From positions 63,612,001-63,676,000 of the forward strand of contig NC_043001.1 of NCBI RefSeq assembly GCF_006345805.1: a stretch of 64,000 bases of DNA, written 5' to 3'. A program made the position numbers and the translations under genes. Below, in pieces: positions 51,520 to 64,000 of the stretch. Source of the stretch: Octopus sinensis. Taxonomy: Eukaryota. How positions within the stretch are numbered: the first letter of the stretch is position 1; every line of letters begins with the position of its first letter. The notes under the pieces are model-generated. The model did not search any database and had not been told where the DNA came from. It saw nothing but the letters and a program-made list of their open reading frames with translations.

Positions 51520-52900
51520 ATCTATATCTATCTATCTATACATACATACACACATACACACACACACACTCACACACACACACACACATAGATATGATCC
51601 GTAGAAGGCTGAAATTTCGAAGCAGCTGCCAATCTTTTCCTTCGCAAATAAACAACCAATACTAGAGTCTTTGAATGAATACTTCCCTTCATATATCTTT
51701 TCTTCTTTCGTTACTATGATTGTAGGCATTTAGCATTATCCGTTATCTCACGAAATCTCATGGCACACACTCACCTATAAAATGGTAGATATCACCCATC
51801 ATTCAAACTCCACTTAAATAAATGCAAATATGCTCGCACGAAACACAACACCCATGGTACTGGGGTGCTGATTTCTATTGGAAGAAATTATTTACTAATA
51901 GCGTGTTGAGGCTTCATCTTTTAAGTTTGTCATTAACGTGTGTATGTGACCGTACAGACACACACACACACACACACACATACTCACGCGCGCATACACA
52001 CACACACAACTTGGATAGATTTCACCCATCATTGGATAGATTTCACTCATCATTGACTCTGACAGTGTCTAACTCCTGACGAAGTTTCCGTCATCCAAAA
52101 TCAAGCAGACTTACATTCAAAGACCCATCTTTGTATATTTATAAATACATTGTTCAATGTGTCCTTATTTTAAGACGGTAAGATAGGGTTTGAGATTATT
52201 TCGCTGTTATTTCTTGCAGATTGAGCTGTGGTTGATGTAAATGGTAAAGTCTAGTCACTGTTGCTGCGAACCAGAGTAGCACCAGATTCCTTTGATGTCT
52301 ACTTCCTTAGAATGATGGCGTTTCTATGGCAACAGCAGACTTGCACAGATAACATTTGCGGTGGCGTTCTTTAGATATATCATCATCAAGCAGTGTTTCA
52401 CCTGCCATGTGCCTATAAATAGGAACTGCTCACGTTTTGGGGGCGGCATTATAACGTGGCGTGGGGTGGTATTATAACGTTATTTTCAGTAAACTGTTGC
52501 CAACATCTTTGGTGGTGGTGGTGGTGGTGGTAAAGAGGTGAAGGAATAGGAGAAAGAAGTGGTGCAGGGGAATCATGATGATGATAATGATGCTGTTGCT
52601 GCTGCTGCTGATGATGATGCAGTGACTTTGATGACGTTACCACCACTTGCTGTTAGTAGCTGATAGTGACGGTCATGGTAGTGTTGATAGAGGTGGTTGT
52701 GACGGTGTTGACGGTGTCGTTAGTGTCGGTATGTTGGTAGTGGTGGTGATGACGGTGTCGATGGCGCTGATGGTATCCATACTGATGGTGTTGTTGTTGG
52801 TGGTGGTGGTGGAGCAGCGGGATGCAGGGTTGATGTAGTATTGGCATGGGTGATGGTGATATTGTTGTTAATGACTGTCTTGGTAGTAGTTGCAATAAAC

Positions 52901-52939
<39 letters not shown>

Positions 52940-52961
52940 TAGTAGTAGTAGTAGTAGTAGT

Positions 52962-52993
<32 letters not shown>

Positions 52994-53000
52994 TAGTAGT

Positions 53001-53057
<57 letters not shown>

Positions 53058-53101
53058 TGCAGTAGCAGCAGCAGCAGCAGCAGAAGCAGTAGTAGTAGTA
53101 A

Positions 53102-53137
<36 letters not shown>

Positions 53138-53153
53138 CAGCAGTAGTAGTAGT

Positions 53154-53212
<59 letters not shown>
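52901..53212. repeat. (AGT/AGC)n compound microsatellite
   Basis: Direct reading. Confidence 0.95.
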
Positions 53213-53214
<2 letters not shown>

Positions 53215-53721
53215 TGTGATGATGATGGAGGTGGTGGTTGTTACTGCTACGGTTGCTAACGAAACCGTCTAAGACGCTGTTAACGTCGAAATTGTTTTAT
53301 TCTTCCGCCGTCTTCTTATCTCTACTTCCGGCAAATTCTCCTGTCATCGCGTTGCTACTGCTGCTTGCTACTGTTGTCCCAGTTGGGGTTGTTAAACTCA
53401 TTCATGCTAGCGTTGCCGTTGCCACCACCACCTATTGACGCTCATGCCGTTTAAGCTACTGCCTCTTCTTTTTCGTCTTCTCCTTCTCCGCCTTCTTCCC
53501 CTCCTCCTCACTCTCCTCTTCCTTCTCCTCCTCAGTTTTCTTTTAACTATTACTACTACTGCTGCTGCCGTTGCTGCCGCAAAACCAGCTAACGAGGTTC
53601 CCCACCCCGTCTCACCTTACGCTTCCGAACTTCCGCCATGTTACGCGGTCAGCCAAACTGCTAGAAATAGCAGCTAACCACCTTCAAATCAATACATACC
53701 GAAGTATTAGATAACAGTTCT

Positions 53722-54961
53722 GGGATCTTTTCTATTTTGAGGCCAGTTTTTTCAAATTTTTTCCTACTGAACCAAACAATTTGAAACTTCGTATACTGGT
53801 AGAATGTGTCAAAAGTAAACTTAATTGTAAACCAGAATGAAAACGGAATTGTAACTTCTAAGTTTAACGTTGTTTAATAATTAGAATTTTAACCAATGAT
53901 ATTCCGTCATTCGGCTTTATTTTATTTACTCCGTCTCGACCACCAATTTCGTGACGTATTTAACATCTTAAATGTAAACAAGTCAGCCACCTTCTAATAA
54001 CAATATTTAAAACTAGTTAATAAGCCACATGTATTAAATTGAAAATGTTTCCATTCTGTATGTCTGCATGTATGTGTGTGTGTATGTATGTGTAAGTATG
54101 TGTGTGTGTGTATGTATGTGTGTGTGTGTATGTATGTATAGCCGATTCATCGTAATCGTAATTACGATGAATTGGCCATACATACATAGATACATACACA
54201 CACACACATACATGCAGACATACATATACACATACACCGAGTAAAAAATTTCAGTTATCTCTCTCTTTCACACATTACTCTCTCTGTCTCTTCACACACA
54301 CTAACAGAAGCACTTCACTTGCACAACATACTGTCTCCCACACCCCATCAAACACACACACACACACACTAACAGAAGCACTTCACTTACACAACATACT
54401 GTCTCCCACACCCCATCAAACACACACACACACACACACATGTACATCAATGCTTCCCCTAGACGGTAACTTCAAAGACAAATTTCCCTCGTCATAAAAT
54501 CGCTTCCTCTTAGTCTCTTTCGCTCTCATTACTTATGTAAAAAAATAAAAGTTTTTTACGGAAATCGACGGAAAACTTGTGCTACGACAAGCGAAACTTC
54601 GCCGAAATTTAATATTAAAAAAGCAAAGAGCTGGCAGAAACGTTAGCACGCCGGGCGAAATGCGTAGCCGTATTTCGTCTGCCGTGTTTGTTTACAGTTT
54701 TCCGAACGTTAGTACGTCACAAAAGCGCTTTCTACGTCACACTAATAGAATGCAGTCAAGTTTTACACATGAAAACAAACAATCTGATTGGTTAAAATTC
54801 GCAGTTTTAATCTACGATTAAAGTCATAAAATAGATTTTTCTCAAATAAACTAGTTCCAACCTGTGTCTTGTTTTGCTAGACTCTATCAGCATACGAAGT
54901 TTCAGATTATTTAGTTAAGTAGAAAGATCTGTGGTCCTGGCTTCAGAATAGAAAAGATCCC
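53722..54961. mobile_element. Non-autonomous DNA transposon (MITE-like, 1240 bp) with GGG..CCC ends and a 6-bp TSD
   Basis: TIR GGGATCTTTTCTATTYTGARGCCAG. TSD AGTTCT at 53716-53721 and 54962-54967. Patchy inverted similarity extends about 260 bp. Contains a SINE head (54627-54684) and an approximately 68-bp tandem duplication (54293-54440). Confidence 0.85.
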
Positions 54962-56664
54962 AGTTCTGATATAGGAAAGGTGTGATGGTCATGGTTAGGT
55001 CTGCTGGATCAAGGATGACCTATATAGTGTTAAACTACAACGGTAACAACGGAACAGCTACCATCACTATCACTAACACTACTACAATCACCACCACCAC
55101 CACCAACATCGTCACACACACACACACATTTACGCGCGTGCGCACATAACCGATACTACGACTGCCTCCATCCGCAGCTGTTGACTAGCTCCTCCCTATC
55201 CTGTCAATCAAAGCTGCTCCTCCCACACCAACGTCGATTCCAATATCACCACGCCTACTAATACCGTCACCTTCACCACCGTAAAATTCCGTCTCCTCTC
55301 CCTTCCCTACGTTATTCACCGCCAGAAATAGTTATCTTCTCCATCACCATCGCCACCGTCGCCTTATGTGACGTCATAACTGTCGGGAATTCCGCCTACC
55401 TCCCCACCTCCCAGACCCTTCCCTCCCATCCACAACGTCATTAGTACAAGCGTGCTACAGGAGGGGTAGGAGAGCGTAGAAACTGTATCAGGTTACGTTA
55501 ACCGACGTTCACGTGCAACACCACAGCTGAAACGTTAGAAACACCGCTTCCCCTCCTTCCTCTTCCACCCACTTCCTCGTTCATTCACCGTTTCTCTCTC
55601 TCTCCCTTCTCTCTCACACACACACATACACTCAGATGCAATCAGCGTGTCAGCCGACTATTTAGTTCTAAGCCGCCATCATCACCTCCGCCGCCACTAT
55701 GTTTTATAACTTCAATCAGACGGTGGCACCATCTTGCTTTCATTTTTAGCGGGAAAATTGACGTTACAACTGAATGAGATGTTTTGACCCTCTTCAGCAT
55801 ACGTACTCACACACACACCTATATGTTACACTCAGATTACATATACACACACACACATACATACATACAGACATATACATATATATAACGCACACGTTAT
55901 ACATAACCTGAGTATATAGATACATACAAGTACATCCATATCTATCTATCTAATCTGTGTTTGTGCGCGAGCATGTGTATGAATATATATCTAAACAGAT
56001 CCAGACACGCGCGCGCAAACACACACACAAATACATGCACACACTCATTGATACATAATCATATGCATATGTATATTCAGACTACTATAATTAACTATAA
56101 TTATATTGCGACTTAACTTCCACACTTCTCATCACTAATTACCTCTAATTGTCAGTAGTATATGCAATCAAGTCAATGGATAGAGTTAGTAATGTATTAT
56201 TTCAGGTCAACCGTTCATTATATCAGACAGCTAGAACAATTTCAGTTGTTGTTATTGTTGTTGTTGCTGTTGTTGTTGTTGTTGTTGTTGTCGTCGTCGT
56301 CGTCGTTGTTGTTGTTGTTGTTGTTGTTGTTGCTGCTGCTGCTTAATATTTCTTTAGTCCTCACCTGAAATATTCTCACCAAATGTGTTCTAGTTTTGTT
56401 CTTTTTGTATTTACTTTTTATGCACAGTATATCTAGGACTGCACCTTTCAAAATATCCTTCCTTTCGTTTTGAAGATAGTAGGATAAAAAAGTAGAGGAA
56501 ATATAGTTCGTTTCTATTCATTTATTTGTTGTGGTTCTAGTTTATCACCATGTCGATTATCAGATAGTAGACTTTAAAGACTTGAAATAAAATATATTCT
56601 TCTTGCGAAATTGGCAATTCCATGAAATGTCGATTTATTGCCGTGTTCATGTTAGATTTCGATC

Positions 56665-56790
56665 AGAATAATCAGGAAAGTATTAGATAGCTGAAAAGAA
56701 CCGATAGTGTGGTACCGTGGGCTGCAGGTAGCAAGCCCGCTACGCATGCAAAACTCTAGGAGTTCCAACAAAACCTATGATAAAAAGAAA
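56665..56790 (+). mobile_element. Very short 3' terminus of another R4/Dong-like LINE
   Basis: Encodes RIIRKVLDS*, then about 95 nt of UTR and (AAT)n. Confidence 0.5.
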
Positions 56791-56809
56791 TAATAATAAT
56801 AACAACAAC

Positions 56810-56847
<38 letters not shown>

Positions 56848-56854
56848 TAACACC

Positions 56855-56910
<56 letters not shown>

Positions 56911-56944
56911 ACTGTTGCCTTCTCCTTCCTCTAAATAATAATAA

Positions 56945-59900
56945 TAATACACTGTTGCCATGACTACAAGGAGTGACCACAGGCCGGCTACGGCTGCTAT
57001 AATGGTACGATTATAATTGTAACGGCAATGATGGCCGTCTCCCCGCGAGCCACTCAGAGCTCAAAAATGATAACATTATCGTAGCACCAAAATGTTTTTG
57101 GAAACTAAAAGGAAAACTAAATCAGTATACCAAATCGCTTGTCCTATGGTTAATCTGGAAGCGCGTCCCCCAGGGAAGAGCCAGCCTGGGATCGAAAAGT
57201 CATCAACTGGCACAAACTCTTCTCCGAATACGGACATGGATGGCCACTTGAACGGGAAATTCCCCAACTCGAGCCCTCCAAGTTCACCACCGCAACCACC
57301 ACAGAAAGAAAAATATAAGCGGAACAAATGGACCCGAGAAGAGTATAAAGAAGTAATATACGCTTATTACTATGCATTAGGTAGGCCATCTCAAGAGAGA
57401 CACACCGCAAACTCTTACAGTATATGGAGAACACGGAATCAAGACAGTAGACCCTATTTGGACGAGAACAAATTGGCAAATGTGAGGAGGGATATCCTTA
57501 GAAATAACAGACTCACAGACAGTGAAATAAGCACGATCAAGCACGCAACGGAACATGACATAAATATAAGACACAAAGGAAATGAAGAATCAGATGAACA
57601 GAATAGCCCGCCACGAGGCTTAATTGAAAGACTGCCATCTGACCAAAGCACGCAAAGGCCTGAAGATACAAGAAATTCTATTGAACCTGTTTTAGATAGT
57701 CAGGAAAATGATAAAACAACAGTAACTGAAGATCTCGCATTTGCTGAAGAACACAGAGAGTCTATGGCAAAAATGAGTCAGAAAATCCTGAATACGCTTG
57801 AAATTGTAAGACATACAAGTATGAATGATAGAGAACCACTTCATAAACTCTCAAATACAAACCAAAATAAAAAACAAATCCAAATTGGCAACTATGTAAC
57901 AAATGAAATAATACAAGAATTAAAACCTGATTTTACTGAGTTAAATGAAATTATTTACGCTTCTGCTCGGGCAATTGAAACCAGCTGTATGCCCCCGAAA
58001 AAACAAAGAAAACCAAACCTGGGAAGAAATCAAACCTGGAGAAGTAAAATTGAAAAAGAGATTGAATTTATGAGAGGGGAAATATCAATATTAAATGAAC
58101 TAGTATGTGGAAATGATGTAAGATCCAGATCAGGAAGAAAGATGAAGAGAAAATTTGGATCCTCACCAAGAGAAGAACTGATATCAATAAAAGAAACGCT
58201 GAAACAAGCAAAATCTCAAAGAATACGAAGATTTGAGAAGAGAAACAAGTTTTACAAGCAAAATAAGCTGTTCACATCCAATGCCAAAAAATTCTACAGA
58301 GAAATAGGGAAGGAGAAAGTAACCGTTAAAGACCTCCCTCCCATGGAAGAAGTTCAAAACTTTTGGAAAAGGATTTGGAGTGACGAGGAGACGTACAACA
58401 TAAATGCAGATTGGATTATACAAACAGAAGGATCCTACCAAAATTTACAACAACAAACATGGGAAGACATCACAATACCAGACCTAAGAAAAGCACTCAC
58501 GAAGACCCATAATTGGAAATCCCCCGGTAAAGATAGGGTGCCGAATTCCTGGCTCTCATCGCTCCCATGCGCACACGGTAAGCTAGTTCAACTGCTCAAT
58601 GGAATTATGAGAGACCCAAAGAAAACACCTGAATGGTTAGCAAGTGGTATTACTTACCTACTCCCAAAGAATAACGAAACCAAACTTCCAAAAAAACTAT
58701 CAGCCTATAACATGTTTATCCACCACGTTTAAAATCCTAGCATCTAACCTGGCGAAGAAACCATATGCATTCATGGAGAAGAACGATATTTTCCCCATTG
58801 AACAAAAAGGGTGCCGCCGAGGCTCTTACGGATGCAAAGATCAACTGCTAATTAATCGTATGATCCTTGAGAACTGTCACAACAAGCGCAGAAATCTCAG
58901 CTCCGCGTGGATTGACTATAAAAAGGCCTTCGACAGTATACCGCATTCATGGATCTTGAAATCGCTGGACATCTTCAAAATTTCCCCTGTGATTTCAAGC
59001 TTCCTGAAGCATAATATGTCGTTGTGGAATACGAATCTCCAATTATACCACTCTAATGGAGTACTTGCCTCAGAGAATATAAACATCAACTGTGGCATTT
59101 TCAAGGTGACTCACTTTCACTTCTAATATTCTGCATAGCCCTAATACCCCTTACAAGTGAATTAAACAGAACAGGGTATGGGTATAAAATTGTCAATAAA
59201 AAAATAAGCCATCTATTTTATATGGATGACTTAAAACTCTATGGTAAAGACGATAATGAACTTGAAGGCCTATTGCGCACTGTGAAAGCATTCAATGATG
59301 ACATCGGGATGGAGTTTGGGCTTGAGAAGTGTGCCAAGGCCACTTTCCAGAAAGGGAAAGTGAAGACCACAAATTCAGTCGTGTTAGATGTTGACACAGT
59401 CATAAGAGAGCTTGAGAAAGAACAAACCTACAAATATTTAGGGATAAATGAAGGCTCTGGTATTCAGCATGCAAGCATGAAAGAGTAGATCAGGAAGGAA
59501 TATTATAGGAGTGTACGAGCAGTCCTGAAATCTGAACTAAATGCACGTAACAAGGTGTTAGCTATACATTCCTTAGCAGTTCCAGTTGTTACTTATTGCT
59601 GAGTGAAGTAAAGAAAATAGATAGGAAAATACGCAAGCTGCTGAATTGTAATAGGATGCACCACCCAAAGGCAGACGTAGATCGCCTTTACCTCCCCAGA
59701 GCCTAAGGAGGTCGAGGCCTGATCCAATTTGAACTAGCTTACAAAACAACCCCAATTGGACTGGCCAAATATCTTGAAATAACGAATGACTGGATGCTAA
59801 AGCTCGTGGAAAATCACGAGAGACGAAAGAAGCTTCATTCTATCATAAAGGAAAGCAAAAAAATTGCTATTGATCTCGTGCAGGATACCTAAACTGAACA

Positions 59901-60608
59901 ACCCGAGGGAAGTACGGCAACTATTGTTGCAAAGAAGGTGAAAATAATGGCAACGAAAAAAGCGCACGAGCAATTGGCTGATAGGTAGGAGGAGAAACCT
60001 CTGCACGGCAAATATGTGGCCCGTAGCAAACAAGCTGATGTTGACCAGAAGCAAACCCATCAGTGGCTACAGAGCTCAGTGCTAAAAGCAGAGAGCGAAG
60101 GTTTCATCCTGACTGCTCAAGATCAAAGCCTATTAACCCGGAACTACCAGGCCAATGTGATGAAAAATGGAGCAGACCCAAAATGCCGATTCTGCAATGA
60201 CATGATTGAAACAGTGGACCACCTAATCTCTGGATGTAAAGTCTTAGCACCAGTGGAGTATAAATTAAGACATGACAGAGTTGGCCAATATCTACACTGG
60301 CTAATAAGTCGGCATTACAATATCAAAACTGCCGACAAGAGGTATAATCACCACCCTGAAGCTGTAACTGAAGGAGAAAATGTAACGATTCTGTGGGACT
60401 TTCCAGTACATACAGACCGAACCATCAAAGCCAATAAACTGGATATTGTTGTGAAAGACCAAAACAATAAAGTTTGCTTATTGATCGACATGAGCATCCC
60501 CTGTGATCATAATATCTCGGCGAAAGAACTTGACAAGCTCAGAAAATATAAAGACCTGCTCATTGAAATTGAGAAAATGTGTCATCTCAAGGCGGTTACA
60601 ATACCAGT
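56945..60608 (+). mobile_element. R4/Dong-like RLE LINE, family E (5' end probably complete, last codons and 3' UTR missing)
   Basis: Single broken ORF from 57092: KWTREEYKEV (Myb-like), WKSPGKD, EQKGCRRGSYGCKDQLLIN, FYMDDLKLY, CRFC..HLISGC, RHD, LDIVV..LIDMSIP. The 5' flank is (AAT)n. Confidence 0.93.
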
Positions 60609-60872
60609 TTGAATTCAGAACGTAGCGACAGATGAAATGCCTATTTCTTTACTACCCTCAAGAGGCTAAACCCATAGAAGACAAACAAGGACAGACAAAC
60701 GGATTAAGTCGATTATATCGACCCCAGTGCGTAACTGGTAGTTATTTAATCGACCCCGAAAGGATGAAGGGCAAAGTCGACCACGGTGGAATTTGAACTC
60801 AGAACGTAGCGACAGATGAAATACCGCTAAACATCACGCCCGGAGTGCTAACGATTCTGCCAGCTCACCACT
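60609..60872 (-). mobile_element. tRNA-SINE dimer, distal monomer truncated
   Basis: Same internal junction (GAAAT(A/G)CCTATTTCTTTACT) as in 20209-20629. Confidence 0.85.
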
Positions 60873-60873
60873 T

Positions 60874-60934
<61 letters not shown>

Positions 60935-60935
<1 letters not shown>

Positions 60936-62000
60936 CCACCAAAGAAATAAACATGAAATTTGCCTTAGAAAAATGTATCAAAACAACCTTGAAAAGAGGA
61001 AAACTAGTTAAGAGTAACAATATCACACTAGATAAAGCAAATGAAATAAGAGAATTAGACCAAAGCTAAACATACAAATACTTAGAAATCAATGAACTAA
61101 ATACGACACAACATACACATATGAAAGATAAGATAAGAAAGGAATACTATATGCGAGTTTGATTAATACTGAAAACAGAGCTCAATGCGAAAAACAAGAT
61201 AATAGGTATCAACACTCTAGCCGTCCGAGTTAGAAGTTACAGCTACAATATTCTTAACTGGAATCTAAATGAACTAATCAAAATAGAGAGGAAAACAAGA
61301 AAAATAATGAGAGGCTTTAGGATGCACCACCCAAAATCTGACATAGAAAGATTATATAAACAGCGTATCGAAGGTGGTAGAGGCCTTATACAGCTAGAAA
61401 ACTATTACAAAATAACCACCGCCGGACTAACGAAATATCTACTTCAGAAACAAGGAAAACTAATATAAATAGCCACAAAACACGAACAAAACAAAAATAT
61501 TTTGAAGTCTTTAAGGAAGCTGACAAATACAAAAAAGAAGTCATAGTACCTAACAACTATGAAGAGAGAGAAGAAACAGCAAAAGCTGTAAAATACTGAA
61601 ATCCAAACTAAAACTGGAACAGCAACGGATCATGATAGAACAATGGCAAGAAAAGCCCCTACATGGCAAATATTGGGTTAAAGAAATAGACAAAGCAAAA
61701 TCCCAACAATGGCTGAGAAGCTCGGGGTTCAAAGTAGAGACTAAAGGATTTTTAATTGCAGCACAAGATCAAAGCCTCTCCACCAAAAATCACCAAAATC
61801 ACGTAATGAAAAGAAATACAAGTAACTGCAGAATATGTGGTGATGGAGAAGAAACAATAAGCTATATTGTCTCTAGCTGCCCAGTCTTGGCTAAGAAGGA
61901 ATATATTCACAGACACGACAGAGTTGGGACCTATATACACTGGACGTTATGCCAACACTAAGGAATAACAACAGAAAAAAGATGGTATAGGCATACGCCA
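60935..62000 (+). mobile_element. R4/Dong-like family A internal fragment (copy 4, more diverged)
   Basis: MKFALEKC, MHHPKSDIERLY, WQEKPLHGKY, CRICGDGEET and RHD; collinear with 13495-14585. Confidence 0.9.
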
Positions 62001-62071
62001 TTGCTAAGAATTTTGTCTGGTGCGCTAACAATTCTGTCAGCTCGAATAATAATAATAATATAATAATAATA

Positions 62072-62125
<54 letters not shown>

Positions 62126-62162
62126 TAATAATAATAATAATAATAATATATAATAATAATAA

Positions 62163-62249
<87 letters not shown>

Positions 62250-62250
<1 letters not shown>

Positions 62251-62777
62251 TGGAAAGTGTTATCGTGTACATTGGAAGTGTTATCATGATTGGAAGTGTT
62301 ATCATGTACATGTTTTGTCTTGGTATAAAAGATGGGCTACAGCAAATATTCTGCTCAATACCACAGATTTGCTTGTCAGTTGTTTGACCATAACCAGTTG
62401 AGCTGACGATATGTGCATCTCTGATCATGAGCAGAAGTAGTGGGGGAGCATCATAGCCATGTGTTGAGAAGGATTCTTTGGGGTTTGAATAATTCACCTC
62501 TGGAAACATGGGTGTTTCGTTCAACGTCCTTAAACAACCCTTATTCAGGGACCTTTTGAGCGGGATGGGTTACTCAATCTGAAGAAAATTCTAACTGGGC
62601 TCCACCTGCAAGGTCATGTGCTGTTTATCTTGATATGAGATCACTATGTCGCGCACATATGGTTGTGATGCATGTGCCTGGTGTACCCTTATCAGACGGG
62701 TGGTCATGATGGGTATACTGGGCTTCGTATATTTTACCCCAGTGTCACTTTGATGGCATGCTCTGCTCGCTCACTCA
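62250..62777 (+). mobile_element. Repeat X, copy 2
   Basis: Near-identical to 18567-19071, with (AAT)n on both sides. Confidence 0.8.
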
Positions 62778-62798
62778 ATAATAATAATAATAATAATA

Positions 62799-62874
<76 letters not shown>

Positions 62875-64000
62875 AAGAAGAAGAAGAAGAAGAAGAAGAA
62901 GAAGAAGAAGAAGAAGAAGAAGAAGAAGAAGAAGAAGAAGAAAAAGACCAACAATAACCACAAAGAAATGTGTTTAAAAAATTATCTTATTCCTGTTGAA
63001 ATTTAAATCTCTAGCTGTGTATCATCCCTTATGAGGTACGTTTGTGTGTGGGATGGGGGGAAATACTTGCGTGGCATAACAATGTATAACAAAATATTTA
63101 TAGCAAAATAAAAATATTGTCAGAAGCAAGCTAAAAATGTTTAAAATAAGAAATACAAGAAAAAAAATAAAACCCTGAAGTATGTATGGATTATCGTGAG
63201 TGCGGTGAGGTAAAATAGATGTCACATTCACTGGGAAATATTGCTCAGTCACCCCATCAGTTGCTATTGTTATAGCAACGTCAAGTAACGTTGCTCTGTT
63301 CTAGAATCAGATTTGGAAAACATGTTCTTGTGGTGTTTTGTAAGAGTATCTGTTGATAGATAAATCTCTGACTGCTTACTAACTATTTTCTTAAACACAC
63401 CCTGCTGTTGTTGTACAGCAAGAGCTGCTACCTGGCACTCTAACTGCTGGAAAGTGCAACCATATTTTCCTCAAATTATACTTTTCCATCATGAAAAGAA
63501 AGTACACATTAGAAAATATAATATCCAGGATAGTTGCGGTTGAAATGTCTTTGATCATAAGTCTATTCAATGACGGCTGATCTGGAGCTAAGCAACAGCA
63601 ATATATCATTGGTAGTGTTATTATTTTTGTTGTTGTTAAGTCCCATGGGATGAGTTTTATCCGACAGATCTTTGACATGTTGTGGAGTTCATGATGTGAC
63701 ATGTGGAATTCATGGAGTGACTAATCGTGTAGTTTCAGTGATGAAAATGAACGTAATTCATTTGTAAGTAGGAAACAATGTAACTTCACCGAAACATCCC
63801 CGCCAAACTAGACATCTACCAATTATCCGAGTGTTTTTTTGTGGGGGGAGGGCTAGATTTTTGTTGTAACTGGAGGGAACAACTCTGCCCATGGCTCCAC
63901 AGGCTTTCCTAGATCAGTGAGATCGATGTCATTAATGTACCACTTAAACCTTTGTGAACGAAGGGCTGACGTTCTTGGAAATGAAGTGATTAGTGATAAG

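Noticed and set aside
54293-54440. CRISPR-like or functional repeat array
   Set aside because: A simple two-unit tandem duplication bounded by (CA)n, with no spacers, in eukaryotic DNA.
63700-63990. Tc1-like FSDE motif
   Set aside because: Isolated motif with no supporting frame inside the window.

Overview
Eukaryotic, repeat-saturated DNA, most likely a coleoid cephalopod (Octopus-like). This is inferred from the SINE families, abundant R4/Dong-type LINEs and dense (AAT)n/(ATGT)n microsatellites. Most of the window looks like intron of one + strand host gene. Four short GT-AG exons (9878-9928, 43702-43759, 50126-50322, 50591-50617) splice in frame into a linker plus a complete Ig domain that resembles my recollection of the second Ig domain of FAM187A. 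The introns contain three Tx1-clade LINE copies from two families and about a dozen R4/Dong-like restriction-endonuclease (RLE) LINE pieces from several lineages. They also contain two RTE-like 3' ends with multiple C2H2 fingers, a Tc1/IS630 transposon with a nested LINE, a MITE with a 6-bp TSD, a foldback-like element, a Helentron-type HINE and many tRNA-derived SINEs. Three signals stand out: (1) the dominant SINE shares its 3' terminus with the Tx1 LINEs, suggesting a Tx1-SINE partnership; (2) one RLE LINE lineage is tied to (ACAT)n while the Dong-type lineages use (AAT)n; (3) RTE-like ends carry up to three tandem C2H2 fingers and (TGTA)n tails. All identities and alignments were made by eye, TE boundaries without TSDs are approximate, and no database was searched.
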